A DNA stretch of 64,000 bases from contig CAVOFT010000001.1 of assembly GCA_963695095.1 (NCBI GenBank), forward strand, positions 2,667,849-2,731,848, written 5' to 3'. The notes beneath the pieces are model-generated. The model was given only the letters and a program-made list of their open reading frames with translations, was not told the DNA's origin and did not search any database. Of this stretch, positions 1-9,615 are shown one piece after another. Both the position numbers and the translations under genes were made by a program. Positions within the stretch are counted from its first letter, which is position 1. Each line of letters begins with the position of its first letter. The DNA comes from an uncultured bacterium (GTDB lineage: Bacteria; Krumholzibacteriota; Krumholzibacteriia; JACNKJ01).

Positions 1-3000
1 GCACCCGCAGCAGCTTCGCCTGCATGTCGGCGCTCATCTCGCCGATCTCGTCCAGCAGAACCGTGCCCCCCGCCGCCTCCTCGAAGACGCCGATGTGGCG
101 GCTCACCGCGCTCGTGAAGGCGCCGCGTTCGTGACCGAAGAGAGTGCTCTCCAGCAGCGGGGCCGGAATCGAGGCGCAGTTCACGGGCAGGAAGGGGCGT
201 CCCCGTCGGGCGCCGCTGTAGTGGATCGCCCGGGCCACCTCCTCCTTGCCGGTGCCGGACTCCCCCGTGATGAGCACGGTGCTGTCCACGTCGAGCACGC
301 GCTCGATGAGCTGCTTGAGGCGCTGCATGTCGCGCCCCCTGCCGACCAGATGCGGGAGTTCCCCTGCCGCCACCCGGGCAGGCGGCGTCGCGGCCCCCGC
401 CGCGCTGCGGCCCTGCTCGCGGCGCAGGCCGAGGCGCAGCAGCCGGGCAATCCCCGCGAGGAAGTCGCGCTCCGCCGCCGTACTCGGCTCTCCGCCGCGC
501 TCGAGGACGAGCACCCCCTCCGCGGCGTCGGCACCCTCCGGTCGTAGGGGTTGCAGCAGCAGGCGACTCCCCCCAGCGGTGGCCGGCGCCAGCTCCTCCT
601 GATTGGCGGATGACCAGAGCTGCGGGCCAAGCTTCTCCTCCGCGCCGCGCACCTCGTCGCCGAGCCAGATCGGCGCACCGGCCGCCGATTCGGGCGCGAG
701 GCCCAGCCGCACTCGACGGTAGCCGAAGGAATCGCGCAGCAGGTCGAGCACGCGCTCCAGACCCTCGCGCGGGTCGCCGGCGCCCTCCAGAAGTGCCAGG
801 CCCTGGTAGAGCCCGGCCAGGCGCAGCCGGCCGTCGCCTTCGATGCGCTCGACGAAGCGGCCCAGCCGCTGCTGGAGGCGCAGCTGCAGTGTGTCCCATT
901 CGGCGACGAGGGCACTCACCTTGCGCCGCTCGATGATGTCCGTCGCCAAGTGCAGGCACTCCCGGGCGCGCGGCTCGTCGCCGTCTTCCAGGCGCAGGAG
1001 ACCGATCCGGCTGTACATGCGCGCCAGCATTTCATAGCGGTCCAGGCTGGCGTAGAGATCGGCGGCCTTCTCGAGCGCGGTCAAGGCCTGCGCGCGCGCT
1101 CCGCCCGCCAAGTGCACGTCGACAGCGGCGGCCTGGATGCGGGCCTCTTCCAGGCGATTGTTGATGCGCCAGACCGAGACCAGGCCCTCCTCGATCGTCG
1201 CTCGCGCTCCCTGCAAATCGCCGAGGGCGAGCTGCACCGGAATCAGCCGCCGGAACATGGTGGCCAGCTCCGTATGCGCCTCGATGGCGCGGCAGGTGGC
1301 GATGGCCGAGCGCAGGTGGGCCAGCGCCGCCTCCGGGTGCCCCTCGACCTGTTCGATCTCGCCGAGCAAACCCTCCACCTCGGCGCCCAGCTGGATGTTG
1401 CCGACCACGCGGTTCAGCTCGAGGCACTCCTGGCACTGGGCGCGGGCGGTTGTCAGGTCGTTCAGCTCGAAATTGATCAGGGCCACGTTGTAGAGGCTGA
1501 TCAGGTAGCCGGGGAAGTTCTTGAGCCGCTTCTTGATCGCCATGCTGCGGTTGAAGTAGTCGATGGCGAGGGCGAAGCGCTCGGTGAGGCGGTACAGATT
1601 GCCCAGGTTGTTGAGGCTGGCCGCCACGCGGTTCTCGTCGCCGGCGCGCTCGCGCAGGGCGAGGGCGCGCTTGTAGTAGGCCTCGGCCTCTTGCCACCGA
1701 TTGAGCGCCCACTGGGCGGCACCCAGGGTGTTGTAGGTCTGTCCCAGCTCCACTTGATGGGCGGTGGGCTCGAACAGGCGCAGGGCGACCTCACAGCGCT
1801 CCACCGCCCGCTCGTGCTCCCCCTTGCGGTAGTGCAACCAGGCCAGCTCGTTGAGCAGCAAGCCCCGCTCGTAGCCGGACAGCGCCTCGCTGTAGACATC
1901 CAGCAGGCGGCCGAGGATGCCGATCGCCCAGGCGAACTCGCCGCGCGTCTCACCGATCTCCGCGAGCTGGCGCAGGAGGACGCTGACGGCCGGCAGCAGC
2001 TCGGGGACCGACGCACTCGGCAGCGCGACGGCCGCGCCGCCGGTCGCCTGGAGGCGATCCAGGAAATCCTCGCTGCCGGTGAGGGCGCGCAGGCCGGCCT
2101 GGTAGGCCTCGGCGGCGGCATCGAGGTCCCCGCGCTGGAGGAGGCTGCCGCCCAGCAGCAAGTAGACGCGGCGCAGGCCCTCGACGCCGAGCTGCCGCTC
2201 CACGCGGGGATCGCGCATCAGATCCACCAGATGGGCCAGCAGGAGCGGATACCCCTCGCGCTCCGCCCAGCGGAACAGCGCCAGGCTCTCTCGGGCCAGG
2301 CTCGTCCAGTCCTCGGCGCCGCGCAGGTGCTGCAGGCGCAAGAGCGCAGCCCTGGCGGCGGCCGGCTTGCCGATGCCCGCGCGCTCGGGCGCTGGGAAGA
2401 GGCCGGCGCACAGGCGCTGCAACTCTTGACGCCGGACCGGCGCCAGGCCCTCGCGCAGACTGCGCCGGAGCCCCACATCCGCCAGCTCGATGCGCAGTCC
2501 CCAGCGGCCGCTGGCCGCATCCAGGCCGGGCCGCCAGGCCAGGAGCCCGCGCCGATCCAGCGCGGAAACCCGGCTGAAGCAGGCCGCCTCACCCTCATCG
2601 AAGAGCCGGGTCAGCAAGCCGAGCGACAGCGCCTCATTCTGCAAGGCCAGGAGTTCGAGCAGGGGCCGACTGTCCGCGGGCTCGGCAGTAGCCTGCCGGG
2701 GAGCCGCAGGCGCGACGGACGGCTTCGGCGCGGACGGCGAGGCGAGGCGCTGCCGCTTCAGTCGCGGCCATTCGGCCAGCAATTGCTCCGCGCAGGCCGC
2801 CAGCTCGCCATGGCCGCGATCCTGGTCCGGACCCGCGAGCACGAGCAGGCGCGCCGCGCCTGGATTCGTCCAGAGGCGATCCAGAAGCAAGGAGGGCGTT
2901 TCGAGGCCGTCCACCCAGCGCAGGGCGCCGGCGGCCTCGCGGCTGCCCTCGCCACTGCGCACCCAGGGCTGCTCGGCTGCTTCGCCCCGCTCCTCGCCGC

Positions 3001-3874
3001 TGCGCGCGAACTGCAGGGCGAGCGCCCGCTGCAGCTGTCGGGCTTCCGGACCGCCCACCTCGAGCCAGAGGTCCTCGCCGCTGCGAAATGCCCGCAACAA
3101 GGACTCGGCGCGGGCTGCCAGCGCCGGGTCCGGCCCGGTCGCCAGCGCGTCGGCGGCAGCGGCCAGCTCCGCCAGGGCGGCATCGCCGGCCAGAGGGGAG
3201 GCCGCCAGCAGCGCGCTGGCCGTGGGGCGGGCCGTGGGGTCGGCGGCCAGGAGTCGCGGCAGCTCCCGGGCGCGGAAGTCCGCCCAGGCCGGGCACTCGG
3301 CAGCCCAGCGCGCAACGATGTGGCCGAAGCCGTGGAGGTCGGCCCCCTGATCCAGGTCCAGGCCCGCGCGCAGGGCAGGCGAGGGGTCGAGGCCCGGCGC
3401 TCCGGCCTCGAGGAAGCCCGGGAAGTGCAGGATCATCGGCGGCAGGTAGAGCAGGCCGCCCCGGCCATCGCTCCAGATCAGCTCGGGCGCGAGCTGCGTG
3501 AAGGGCAGGCCCTCGACGCGCCCCAGCAGCAGATCGCCCAGGAGCACGGCGAGCAGGCCCGTCGCGGCCTCCGGCGACGGCGCCGGCAAGGGCCCTGCCT
3601 CCGCCGGCAGCTCGAGCAGGGCGTAGGTGGCGCCATCCCGCTGTCCCAGTCGACAGGCCATGGCGCGCTCGCCGCAAAGCTCGCGCGCGCGGAATTGCCG
3701 GTAGGCGAGACTGGCCAGATCCAGGGGCGCCCGCTCGGCCTGCTGGTAGAGGTAGAGCAGGGCGCGCTGGCCGCCCAGGACATCGCGCAGGAGGAAGCTG
3801 TGGAGCAGCTCGCTCTCATCGAGGGCGCGCTCCACGCGATAGCGGGCGAGAAAGAGGCTGCCGACAGCGAGCAT
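1..3874 (-). CDS. Very large sigma-54-dependent transcriptional activator (>1290 aa, 3' end off window). It has a degenerate protein-kinase-like N-terminus, a long helical/TPR-repeat middle, a GAF-like segment and a C-terminal NtrC-type AAA+ domain.
   Basis: Reverse-strand translation of bases 1-370 gives ...LVGRGRDMQRLKQLIERVLDVDSTVLITGESGTGKEEVARAIHYSGARRGRPFLPVNCASIPAPLLESTLFGHERGAFTSA...LLDEIGEMSADMQAKLLRV. That is Walker A GESGTGKE plus a GAFTGA-like 'GAFTSA', both hallmarks of bacterial enhancer-binding proteins. The same frame stays open upstream to an ATG near 3874. TPR-like segments are visible (e.g. ...ARAQALTALEKAADLYASLDRYEMLARMYS...). The N-terminus (MLAVGSLFLARYRVERALDESELLHSFLLRD..GQRALLYLYQQ) resembles a kinase N-lobe without a Gly-rich loop. 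The ORF track omits it because the stop lies outside the window; the 1009-aa '+' ORF 950..3979 is its antisense shadow. Confidence 0.7.
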   Translation of the reverse strand, partial: MLAVGSLFLARYRVERALDESELLHSFLLRDVLGGQRALLYLYQQAERAPLDLASLAYRQFRARELCGERAMACRLGQRDGATYALLELPAEAGPLPAPSPEAATGLLAVLLGDLLLGRVEGLPFTQLAPELIWSDGRGGLLYLPPMILHFPGFLEAGAPGLDPSPALRAGLDLDQGADLHGFGHIVARWAAECPAWADFRARELPRLLAADPTARPTASALLAASPLAGDAALAELAAAADALATGPDPALAARAESLLRAFRSGEDLWLEVGGPEARQLQRALALQFARSGEERGEAAEQPWVRSGEGSREAAGALRWVDGLETPSLLLDRLWTNPGAARLLVLAGPDQDRGHGELAACAEQLLAEWPRLKRQRLASPSAPKPSVAPAAPRQATAEPADSRPLLELLALQNEALSLGLLTRLFDEGEAACFSRVSALDRRGLLAWRPGLDAASGRWGLRIELADVGLRRSLREGLAPVRRQELQRLCAGLFPAPERAGIGKPAAARAALLRLQHLRGAEDWTSLARESLALFRWAEREGYPLLLAHLVDLMRDPRVERQLGVEGLRRVYLLLGGSLLQRGDLDAAAEAYQAGLRALTGSEDFLDRLQATGGAAVALPSASVPELLPAVSVLLRQLAEIGETRGEFAWAIGILGRLLDVYSEALSGYERGLLLNELAWLHYRKGEHERAVERCEVALRLFEPTAHQVELGQTYNTLGAAQWALNRWQEAEAYYKRALALRERAGDENRVAASLNNLGNLYRLTERFALAIDYFNRSMAIKKRLKNFPGYLISLYNVALINFELNDLTTARAQCQECLELNRVVGNIQLGAEVEGLLGEIEQVEGHPEAALAHLRSAIATCRAIEAHTELATMFRRLIPVQLALGDLQGARATIEEGLVSVWRINNRLEEARIQAAAVDVHLAGGARAQALTALEKAADLYASLDRYEMLARMYSRIGLLRLEDGDEPRARECLHLATDIIERRKVSALVAEWDTLQLRLQQRLGRFVERIEGDGRLRLAGLYQGLALLEGAGDPREGLERVLDLLRDSFGYRRVRLGLAPESAAGAPIWLGDEVRGAEEKLGPQLWSSANQEELAPATAGGSRLLLQPLRPEGADAAEGVLVLERGGEPSTAAERDFLAGIARLLRLGLRREQGRSAAGAATPPARVAAGELPHLVGRGRDMQRLKQLIERVLDVDSTVLITGESGTGKEEVARAIHYSGARRGRPFLPVNCASIPAPLLESTLFGHERGAFTSAVSRHIGVFEEAAGGTVLLDEIGEMSADMQAKLLRV

Positions 3875-4022
3875 GGCTGGCACCGCGTTAAGATTCTTGA
3901 CCGCTCTCGATTTTACACCAGGCGAGGCCCCGCGAACAGGCCTGAGCGGAGAAAGCCGGGCTGGTGCCGGAGCCCGTAAGTCACTATGATTCCCGCTGAT
4001 CACAACATCCGGGAGACCCGCC

Positions 4023-4767
4023 ATGAAGCCTGCGAATGCGCGGCCTGCGAAGCGCCTGCTGCCCTTGCTCCTGCTCGGCTTGCTGCCCGCCTGCGCCGAG
4101 AAGGAGACGGTGTTCCCGCGGGACACCAATCTGAACGTGCCCGAGGACTACGCCAGCCCCCAGCTGGCCGCGGCCGCGGCTCGCGCCGGCGACCAGATCA
4201 TCGTGAGCTATCGGGCGGCAGCCTACGTGGGCGATCTCGACTTGCCCACGGGCGTCTCGATGATCGGTCACGTGGAGAATCCCCTGCTGCCCCGGATCAC
4301 CGGCCAGGTCACGGTGAACGGCGGCGATGACCGGGTGAAGATCGCGCGCCTGGGCATCGACAATCCGGCCGGCAGCGGGCTGCACCTCGTCGGCAGCGCC
4401 TGCAAGATCGAGGAGCTCTGGATTCACGACTGCGATGGCCCCGGCATCGAGCTCATCGGCGATGCGCCTGCCTACATCCTCGCCTGCGACATCCAGCGCT
4501 GCGGGCCGGGCATCCTCATCCGCGACACCACCCAGGGCGGCAACTACGGCGATGTCGAGCACCCCGCCGCCCGCATCACCGACTGCAACTTCCTCGAGAA
4601 CGGTCCGGCGGGCGATCTCGACAACCTCGTCTTCGCGAACATCCCCGTGCTGTACACGGTCTACGTGGAGTCAGAATCACTGGGGAGAGGACGTCGATCG
4701 GCGTGCCGGCCATCGACGCCACGATCTACGACAACAAGGACGATGCCAGTCATCCGCGGGCTCGCTG
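4023..4767 (+). CDS. Lipoprotein with right-handed parallel beta-helix (PbH1-like) repeats; an apparent frameshift near 4690 is needed to reach the stop at about 4767.
   Basis: N-terminus MKPANARPAKRLLPLLLLGLLPAC carries a lipobox (LPAC). The body shows repeated beta-helix-like segments (VTVNGGDDRVKIARLGIDNPAGSGLHLVGSACKIEELWIHDCDGPGIELIGDA...). The track ORF 4023..5024 runs on in a wrong frame into apbE. Confidence 0.45.
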
Positions 4768-4816
4768 ACACCAGCGGCCAGGACTTCAGCTCCTGGCCCA
4801 GTCCGATCGACCACTG

Positions 4817-5869
4817 GTGGCGGACGAGAATCGAGGGCGACCGGCCCTCGCCTTGCTCGTCGCCCTCGCCGCCGGCTGCGCCCGCGAGGCGCCGCCGCGG
4901 CGCTTCGAGTTCCCCAGCATGGGCACGGCGGCTGCCCTGGAGCTGCGCGGTGCCGAGAGCGCTCGCGACAGCCTCGCGCTCGCCCGGGTGCAGGCGCGCT
5001 TCGCCGCCGTCGAGGCCGCCATGAGCACCTGGGACCGGGACTCCGAGCTCTCCCGGGCGAACCGCGCGCCCGTCGACTCCGCCTTCTCGCTGTCCCCGCT
5101 CGCCGGCGACTGCCTGGCCCTCGCCCTCGAGTTGCGCGCCGCCAGCGGCGGCGCCTTCGAGCCCGGCGCCGGGCCACTGATGCGGCTCTGGGGATTCACC
5201 CGCCGCGAGGGCCGCCTGCCCGATCCCGACAGCCTCGCTGCGCTGCTGCCCGCCCTCGGCGCCTACAGCTACGAGCCGCCCGCCCGGCGCCTGACGCGGC
5301 GCCACCCGGCCGTGGCCCTGGACCTGGGCGGCATCGCCAAGGGCTACGCCCTCGACCTGGCGGCGGCGGACCTGCGCGCCCTGGGCCTGCGCGCGGCCTT
5401 GATCGACCTGGGCGGCAACCTCTACTGCCTCGGCGAGGCCGCGCCGGGCGAGGCCTGGCAGGTGGGCATCCGCGATCCCCTGGATCGCGAGCGCATGTTC
5501 GCCGCCCTGGCCCTGCGCGATGAGGCCGTGGCCACCAGCGGCTCCTACGAGCGCTTCGTCGACGATCGCGGGCCGCCGCTACGGGCACATCATGAATCCC
5601 GCCACGGGCCGGCCCGCCGAGGGTCTGCTCAGCGCCACCGTGGTCTGCGCCGAAGCGGGGCTCGGCGACGGGCTCTCCACGGCGCTCTTCGTCCTCGGCC
5701 CCGGCGCGGCCGAGGCCCTGCTGCGCGGCCGCCTACCCCGAGGCGCTGGCGGTGCTGGTGTCGGCGGAGGACGGGGATCGCCTGCTGCGTGCGCGCGAGC
5801 GCCGGCCTCAGGGGCCGCCTGCGCATCCTGCCCGCGGACGCGGCGCGCTGCCGGATCGAGTTCTTCTAG
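4817..5869 (+). CDS. apbE: ApbE-family FAD:protein FMN transferase with lipoprotein signal; about three apparent frameshifts at roughly 5575, 5740 and 5805.
   Basis: Signal/lipobox [11 protein letters not shown], then ApbE motifs [35 protein letters not shown] and, in the second frame (ORF 5520..6017), [25 protein letters not shown]. The C-terminus (...[19 protein letters not shown]) returns to the first frame. The gene converges on the rnf operon, whose RnfG/RnfD are flavinylated. Confidence 0.75.
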   Translation: MADENRGRPALALLVALAAGCAREAPPRRFEFPSMGTAAALELRGAESARDSLALARVQARFAAVEAAMSTWDRDSELSRANRAPVDSAFSLSPLAGDCLALALELRAASGGAFEPGAGPLMRLWGFTRREGRLPDPDSLAALLPALGAYSYEPPARRLTRRHPAVALDLGGIAKGYALDLAAADLRALGLRAALIDLGGNLYCLGEAAPGEAWQVGIRDPLDRERMFAALALRDEAVATSGSYERFVDDRGPPLRAHHESRHGPARRGSAQRHRGLRRSGARRRALHGALRPRPRRGRGPAARPPTPRRWRCWCRRRTGIACCVRASAGLRGRLRILPADAARCRIEFF

Positions 5870-6559
5870 GCCCGCTTGGCCGCCGGCTCCTCGTTCAGGT
5901 GGCAGAGCACGCAGTTGCCGCAGTCCATCTCCCGCGGCGGCTCGTAGGTCTCGCCGGCCCGCAGGGCGCGGCGCTCCTCGAGCCGGTTCATCCCGGCCAG
6001 CAGCAGGCCCAGGGTGAGGAAGGCGCCCGGCGGCAGGATCATCACCAGCACCGGCGGGAAGCTCGGCGCCGAAGAGCGAGAGGCCGAGCAGGCTGCCGTT
6101 GCCGAGCAGCTCCCGCAGGATCGCCCAGCGACATCAGGGCGAGGGTGAAGCCGAGGCCCATGCCCAGGCCGTCGGCCAGGGAGGCGCGAACGCCGTTGCG
6201 GCTGGCGAAGGCCTCGGCGCGGCCCAGGATGATGCAGTTGACCACGATCAGCGGGATGAAGAGGCCCAGGCTCCGGTGCAGCGCGAGGCAAGTAGGCGTG
6301 CATCACCAGGTCGACGATGGTCACGAAGCAGGCGATGACCACGATGTAGGCCGGGATGCGCACCTTGCGCGGGATGAAGCCGCGCAGCATGGCGATGATC
6401 AGATTGCTGCAGACGAGCACGAAGGTGGCCGCCAGGCCCATGCCGAGCGCCGTTCTCCACCGAGGTGGTGACGGCCAGCGTGGGACACAAGCCCAGCATG
6501 AGGCGGAAGATGGGATTCTCGTTCCAGAGCCCGCGCGTGAAGGTGCTGGTCAAGCTCAT
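5866..6559 (-). CDS. rnfE: Rnf electron-transport complex subunit E, pieced together from three ORF fragments (at least three apparent frameshifts).
   Basis: Fragments [37 protein letters not shown] (6248..6559), [50 protein letters not shown] (5866..6441 frame), [41 protein letters not shown] (6042..6245) and a C-terminus ...[29 protein letters not shown]. Together they make a canonical RnfE/RnfA-family 6-TM protein. Confidence 0.75.
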
Positions 6560-7177
6560 GGCGCGACCTCCGTCGTGCTGCTGTCGCAGCGGCCGCCCGG
6601 GGCGCGGCGTCCACCTGCGGGCGATCGGCGGCGTAGCGGGCGAGGGCCTCGCCGATGGCGCCGGCCAGGGCCCGCCCCGTCACCGTGGCGCCGGTGACCG
6701 CGTCGAGATCGCCGCCGTCGGCCTTCACCCGCCAGTCCGTGTCCGCCAGCGCATGGCCGGCGTAGAAGCGCGCGAGCAGTGCGGGATCGGCGTACTTGGC
6801 GCCCAGGCCCGGCGTCTCGGCGTGGCGCAGGATGCGCAGGCCACTGACACTGCCCTGGGCATCCACGCCGAGCATGACGCTCGATCTCGCCGGAGTAGCC
6901 CGTCTTGCTGAGGGCCTTGAAGGCCGCCCCGACGGGCGCCTCGCCCTGGTAGCCGCGCCAGTAGCTGCGCTCGCCGCCGCCGTCGGCCAGGTCCACGCGG
7001 TCGGCGTCGGGGGCGTTGTCGAAGGGCGGCATCACCGCGGCCACGGCCTCCATGCGCTCGCGCAGCATGGCCTGGCGGATGGGCTCGCGGGTCGTGGCGT
7101 CCACCTGGCTCAGCAGGAGGGCGGCGATGCCGCAGATCAGGGCCAGGCGCAGGCCACAGGTTCAGGGTCTCCTTCAT
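6556..7177 (-). CDS. rnfG: Rnf complex subunit G (FMN-binding), with apparent frameshifts.
   Basis: MKETLNLW start overlaps the rnfD stop (ATGA). Further fragments: [75 protein letters not shown], then [83 protein letters not shown] (FMN_bind with TGATxT). Confidence 0.7.
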
Positions 7178-8169
7178 GCCGCCTTCCTCTCCTCGAAGAG
7201 CTTGCGGCCGCTGCCGAAGACCCGCGGCCGCGTGGCGCGGTCGATCAGCGGCGTGGCCGCGTTCATGAGCAGGATGGCGAAGCTGACGCCCTCGGGATAG
7301 CCGCCCCAGAGGCGGATCAGCGCGGTGAGCAGGCCGCAGCCGAGCGCCGAAGATCAGCATGCCCCGGCGCGTGACGGGGCTGGTGACCATGTCGGTGGCC
7401 ATGAAGAAGGCGCCGAGCATGAGCCCGCCCGAGAGCAGGTGGAAGAGCGGCGAGGCGTAGCGCGCGCGGTCCACCAGCCAGGGGATGCCGCGTCACCAGG
7501 GCCAGCGCAGCCAGGAAGCCGACCGGGATCTGCCAGCGGATGTGTCCGCGCCAGAGCAGGTAGAGGCCGCCCAGCAGCAGCGCGAGCACGCTCACCTCGC
7601 CGAGGCTGCCGCCGCGCAGGCCGACGAGCAGCTTCCAGGCGGGAGCCAGGGCCAGCTCGTCGGCAGCGCCTTGCCCAGCGCCAGGCCCTCGCGCAGAACG
7701 CCCAGCGGCGTGGCGCCGGTGGCCGCGTCCAGGCGCAGGGGGCCGGCCGGCAGGGCCCAGGTGGTCATCTGCACCGGGAAGGAGATGAGCAGGCAGCACG
7801 CGGGCCACGAGGGCGGGATTGAAGGGATTGTAGCCGAGCCCGCCGTAGATCTGCTTGGCGATGACGATGGCGACGAAGGCGCCGATGAGCGACCATCCAC
7901 CAGGGACTCGTCGAGGGCAGGTTCATGGCGAGGAGCACGCCCGTGACCGCCGCGCTGAGGTCGTGCAGGCGACCGGGCCGGTGGAGGATGCGCAACATCG
8001 CCCACTCGAAGAGGAGGCAGCCCCGCACCGCGACCAGGAGCACGCGCAGGGCGGGCAGGCCGAAGAACCAGAGCCCCACGAGCAGGGCGGGAGTCAGCGC
8101 GATGAGCACGTCGCGCATGATGCGCGGAATCTCGCGATCGCCGTGCACGTGCGGCGAGCTGCTCATCAC
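7174..8169 (-). CDS. rnfD: Rnf complex subunit D, with apparent frameshifts.
   Basis: N-terminus [37 protein letters not shown]; middle [39 protein letters not shown]; C-terminus [22 protein letters not shown]...[48 protein letters not shown]. These lie in three different track ORFs: 7765..8169, 7317..7808 and 6725..7474. Confidence 0.7.
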
Positions 8170-8272
8170 GAGCAGGGCGGCGGCGGCGCGGCCTTGCTCG
8201 GCGTCGCCGGGTCCGCGCCCCGGCCGCTGTCGATCTGCTCGTCGCTCATCGCTCTTCGCCCCTCCCCGCGGC

Positions 8273-9595
8273 CTAGGCCGCGCCCCGTTTGCTCTGCTCG
8301 GCCTTGAGTTCCGCCTTGCCCCGCCGGAACAGCTGCACCAGCGGTCGGAAGGACGGACAGACGTAGGCGCAGCTGCCGCACTCGATGCAATCGCCCACCC
8401 GGTAGTCGGCGAGGTCCGCGAAGCGGTTCCGCTCGGCGAGCACGCCCATCGCGCTGGGCACCAGGCCCATCGGGCAGGCGTCGACGCAGGCGCCGCAGCG
8501 GATGCAGGGATCGGCCAGGAACTGGCTCAGGCGCTCGGCGGGCAGGCAGAGGATGCCGCTGGTGCCCTTGATCACCGGCACCTCGAGGTTGAACTGGCCC
8601 ATGCCCATCATCGGCCCGCCGAAGATGACCTTGCGCGATCTGTCGGCTTCAGGCCGCCGCAGTGGTCGATGACGTCGGCGAGCAGGCGTGCCCACGCGCA
8701 GGCGCAGATTCGCCGGGCGGGCGATGCCCTCGCCGGTGACCGTCGTCACCCGCTCGATGAGCGGCAGACCCGCTTGCACGGCCGCCCAGGCCGCCACCGC
8801 CGTGCCGACGTTCTGGACCAGGCAGCCCACGTCCATGGGCAGGCCGCCGGCCGGCACGCTGCGCCCGGTGAGCGCATAGATGAGGTGCTTCTCCGAGCCC
8901 TGCGGATACTTCGCCTCCAGCAGCACGAACTCGGCCGCCACATCCGCCGGACAGGCGCCGCGCAGGGCGGCCAGGGCGTCGGGCTTGTTGGCCTCGACGC
9001 CGACGACGACGCGCTTCACGCCGAGCACGCGCGCCATCAGGCCGACACCCTCCATCACGGCCGCGGCCTGCTCGAGCATGACCCGGTGGTCGCTGGTGAG
9101 GTAGGGCTCGCACTCGGCGCCGTTGAGGATGAAGGTGTCGATGGGCTTGTCCGCCGGCGGGCTCAGCTTGACGTGCGTGGGGAAGGTGGCCCCCCCCATG
9201 CCGACCAGGCCGCCGTTCTTCAGCGCCTCGCGCAGCGCCGCCGCTTCGAGCCGGCGCCAGTCGCCCAGGGGCGCGAGGCCTTCCCAGAGGCGATCCTCGC
9301 CGTCGGCCTCGATCTCGACGGCGGGCAGGTTGCGCCCCAGAGGATGCGGCCAGTCCTTCACTGCCTTCACGGTGCCGCTGGTGGGCGCGTGCACGGGCAC
9401 GGAGACGAATCCCTGCGGCGTCGAGAGCGGCTCGCCCTTGGCGACTTTCTGCCCCTTGGCCACGATCGGCGTGCCGGGCGCTCCCAGGTGCTGGGCGAGG
9501 GGGACGGCATAGCGCACCGCCAGCGGCAGCGTCTCCACGGCCAGGGTGGCCGTTTCCTTGTGGTAGTCGGGGTGGACCCCGCCCTTGAAGCGCAT
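8273..9595 (-). CDS. rnfC: Rnf complex subunit C (NuoF-like NADH/FMN-binding, 2x[4Fe-4S]); a double frameshift around 8650-8700.
   Basis: MRFKGGVHPDYHKETATLAVETLPLA..., SGTVKAVKD, GGLVGMGGATFPTHVKL, ILNGAECEPYLTSDHRVM, VTGEGIARPANLRLRVGTP, KVIFGGPMMG, and the ferredoxin motifs CIRCGACVDACP and CIECGSCAYVCP. The track ORF 8273..9988 over-extends upstream; the true start MRFKGG is about 9595. Confidence 0.8.
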   Translation of the reverse strand: MRFKGGVHPDYHKETATLAVETLPLAVRYAVPLAQHLGAPGTPIVAKGQKVAKGEPLSTPQGFVSVPVHAPTSGTVKAVKDWPHPLGRNLPAVEIEADGEDRLWEGLAPLGDWRRLEAAALREALKNGGLVGMGGATFPTHVKLSPPADKPIDTFILNGAECEPYLTSDHRVMLEQAAAVMEGVGLMARVLGVKRVVVGVEANKPDALAALRGACPADVAAEFVLLEAKYPQGSEKHLIYALTGRSVPAGGLPMDVGCLVQNVGTAVAAWAAVQAGLPLIERVTTVTGEGIARPANLRLRVGTPARRRHRPLRRPEADRSRKVIFGGPMMGMGQFNLEVPVIKGTSGILCLPAERLSQFLADPCIRCGACVDACPMGLVPSAMGVLAERNRFADLADYRVGDCIECGSCAYVCPSFRPLVQLFRRGKAELKAEQSKRGAA

Positions 9596-9615
9596 GCCGC
9601 CTTCGCTTTCCGGCC

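Noticed and set aside
3870-3905. TGGCAC…TTGAC-like sequence that could be read as a sigma-54 (-24/-12) promoter for the plus-strand lipoprotein gene
   Set aside because: The -12 element is poor (TAAGA instead of TTGCW), and the TGGCAC is simply the reverse complement of the regulator's own start-codon region (ATGGCTGGCACC).
950-3979. 1009-aa plus-strand ORF (and many other 100-450-aa ORFs in the track such as 2634..3677-, 4435..5523+, 8649..9647-, 12267..13646+, 13649..15289+, 15229..16671-, 16916..18178+, 18870..20441+, 23863..25755-, 29032..30924+, 42005..43399+, 44873..46303+, 57751..59106+)
   Set aside because: Their products are Arg/Ala/Gly/Pro-rich with low complexity. They lie antisense or out-of-frame to genes with clear family signatures, which is the expected stop-codon-poor shadow in 70% GC DNA.
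5520-6017. Separate 165-aa gene (ORF 5520..6017+) and 239-aa gene (5752..6471+)
   Set aside because: Their N-terminal portions are the continuation of ApbE in shifted frames ([14 protein letters not shown]…; [17 protein letters not shown]). The remainders are antisense to rnfE.
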